In this document: piece after piece, positions 63,407-64,000 of the stretch
Layout of the letters: every line of letters begins with the position of its first letter
How positions within the stretch are numbered: the stretch's first letter is position 1
Origin: Deinococcus sp.
GTDB lineage: Bacteria > Deinococcota > Deinococci > Deinococcales > Deinococcaceae
Direction of reading: 5' to 3'
DNA: 64,000 nucleotides
Assembly: GCA_965261005.1 (NCBI GenBank)
Contig: OZ253375.1
Span: 2,016,001 to 2,080,000, forward strand
Position numbers and translations under genes: made by a program
Notes under the pieces: model-generated
Seen by the model: the letters and a program-made list of their open reading frames with translations, nothing else
What the model was told of the DNA's origin: nothing
Databases searched by the model: none

Positions 63407-63635
63407 TTGAAAGCCGGACAAAACTCAGCGAAGCTCAAAAATGCTGTCTGGAAGGGTATTCAGAGCTTACATCCATTGGCAAGTCCGATGTATAGCTGAC
63501 TAAATACGGACGCCTTTATTCACAGCTCCTGGGGCTGATGTTGCTTGTTTTGCACAAAAAGGTCAGGCAACCCCGGTTCTGCCTCGCAAGGCGTCGTGCT
63601 GTTGGATAACATCCTGACTTTCGTCCGGCTTTCAA
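63407..63635. mobile_element. 229-bp MITE-like element with 22-bp terminal inverted repeats
   Basis: TTGAAAGCCGGACAAAACTCAG ... CTGACTTTCGTCCGGCTTTCAA (20/22 complementary). Confidence 0.65.
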
Positions 63636-64000
63636 TGAATGCAGTTGACTTCCCGTGCATACCGCGCTATCTTAAACTTATCAGCGGCCGAAACGGGCCG
63701 CTTTTTTGATGCCAATTTTTGATGCCAGCTCGAGGTGTTGCTGGCCGTTTCCACGCTGGCGGCGCCTTTTGATCTAGGCTGTGAGAGCACGGCCTCAGCC
63801 CGGCGTGGGTTCTGGGCGAAGGGAGCGGTCCCGGACCAGCAGGCCAGCACGCCGCGAAGCTTGGGGCGCGGCGCGCGACGGGGCGGGACAGGAACTGATA
63901 GAGCCGGTCCCCGCCTACTCCACACAACACCTGAACCGGGCGCCACCAGGACGTCTACACTGAGGCTCTATTGGAGTCCTGACGCCGCCTCTTGAAAGGA
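63617..64000 (+). promoter_or_regulatory. sigma-70 promoter and ~320-nt structured leader of a gene starting just beyond the window
   Basis: TTGACT (63645)-17 bp-TATCTT (63668); 5' hairpin plus T-run; window ends in GAAAGGA (RBS-like); homologous to the helicase promoter. Confidence 0.65.

Overview
High-GC chromosomal window, most likely from a Deinococcus-like bacterium (inferred from a signal-peptide Dps2, Deinococcus-style small non-coding repeats, IS ends and protein content). The backbone is housekeeping and metabolic: 2-oxo-acid dehydrogenase E2/E3, a Tat-exported Mo aldehyde oxidoreductase (PaoABC/YagTSR-like), a two-component system divergent from dps2, modAB, a P450, RhlE-like and HrpB helicases, mutL, GH38 mannosidase, tRNA-Lys, ffh, hbd, cimA and a thiolase. 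Most notable accessory signals: (1) 28.5-34.5 kb, an apparent polymorphic-toxin locus with a 798-aa protein (coiled-coil N-terminus, annexin-like repeat, class-3 lipase), an ATGA-coupled exported partner, and two further orphan C-terminal-tip plus partner cassettes, hit by IS4 and IS1 elements; (2) a ~90-bp box-promoter-hairpin module shared with exact spacing between the DEAD-box helicase leader (22.3 kb) and a long leader at the window end (63.6 kb), whose upstream box is also the end of MITE-like units, one carrying a GNAT gene; (3) an intact TnpB-only IS200/IS605 element separating vapB from vapC; (4) an acyl-ACP-reductase-like gene coupled to an NDH-2-like gene; (5) a MerR-HEAT-repeat fusion with an internal start. 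All calls come from reading the sequence and ORF track; no database searches were run.
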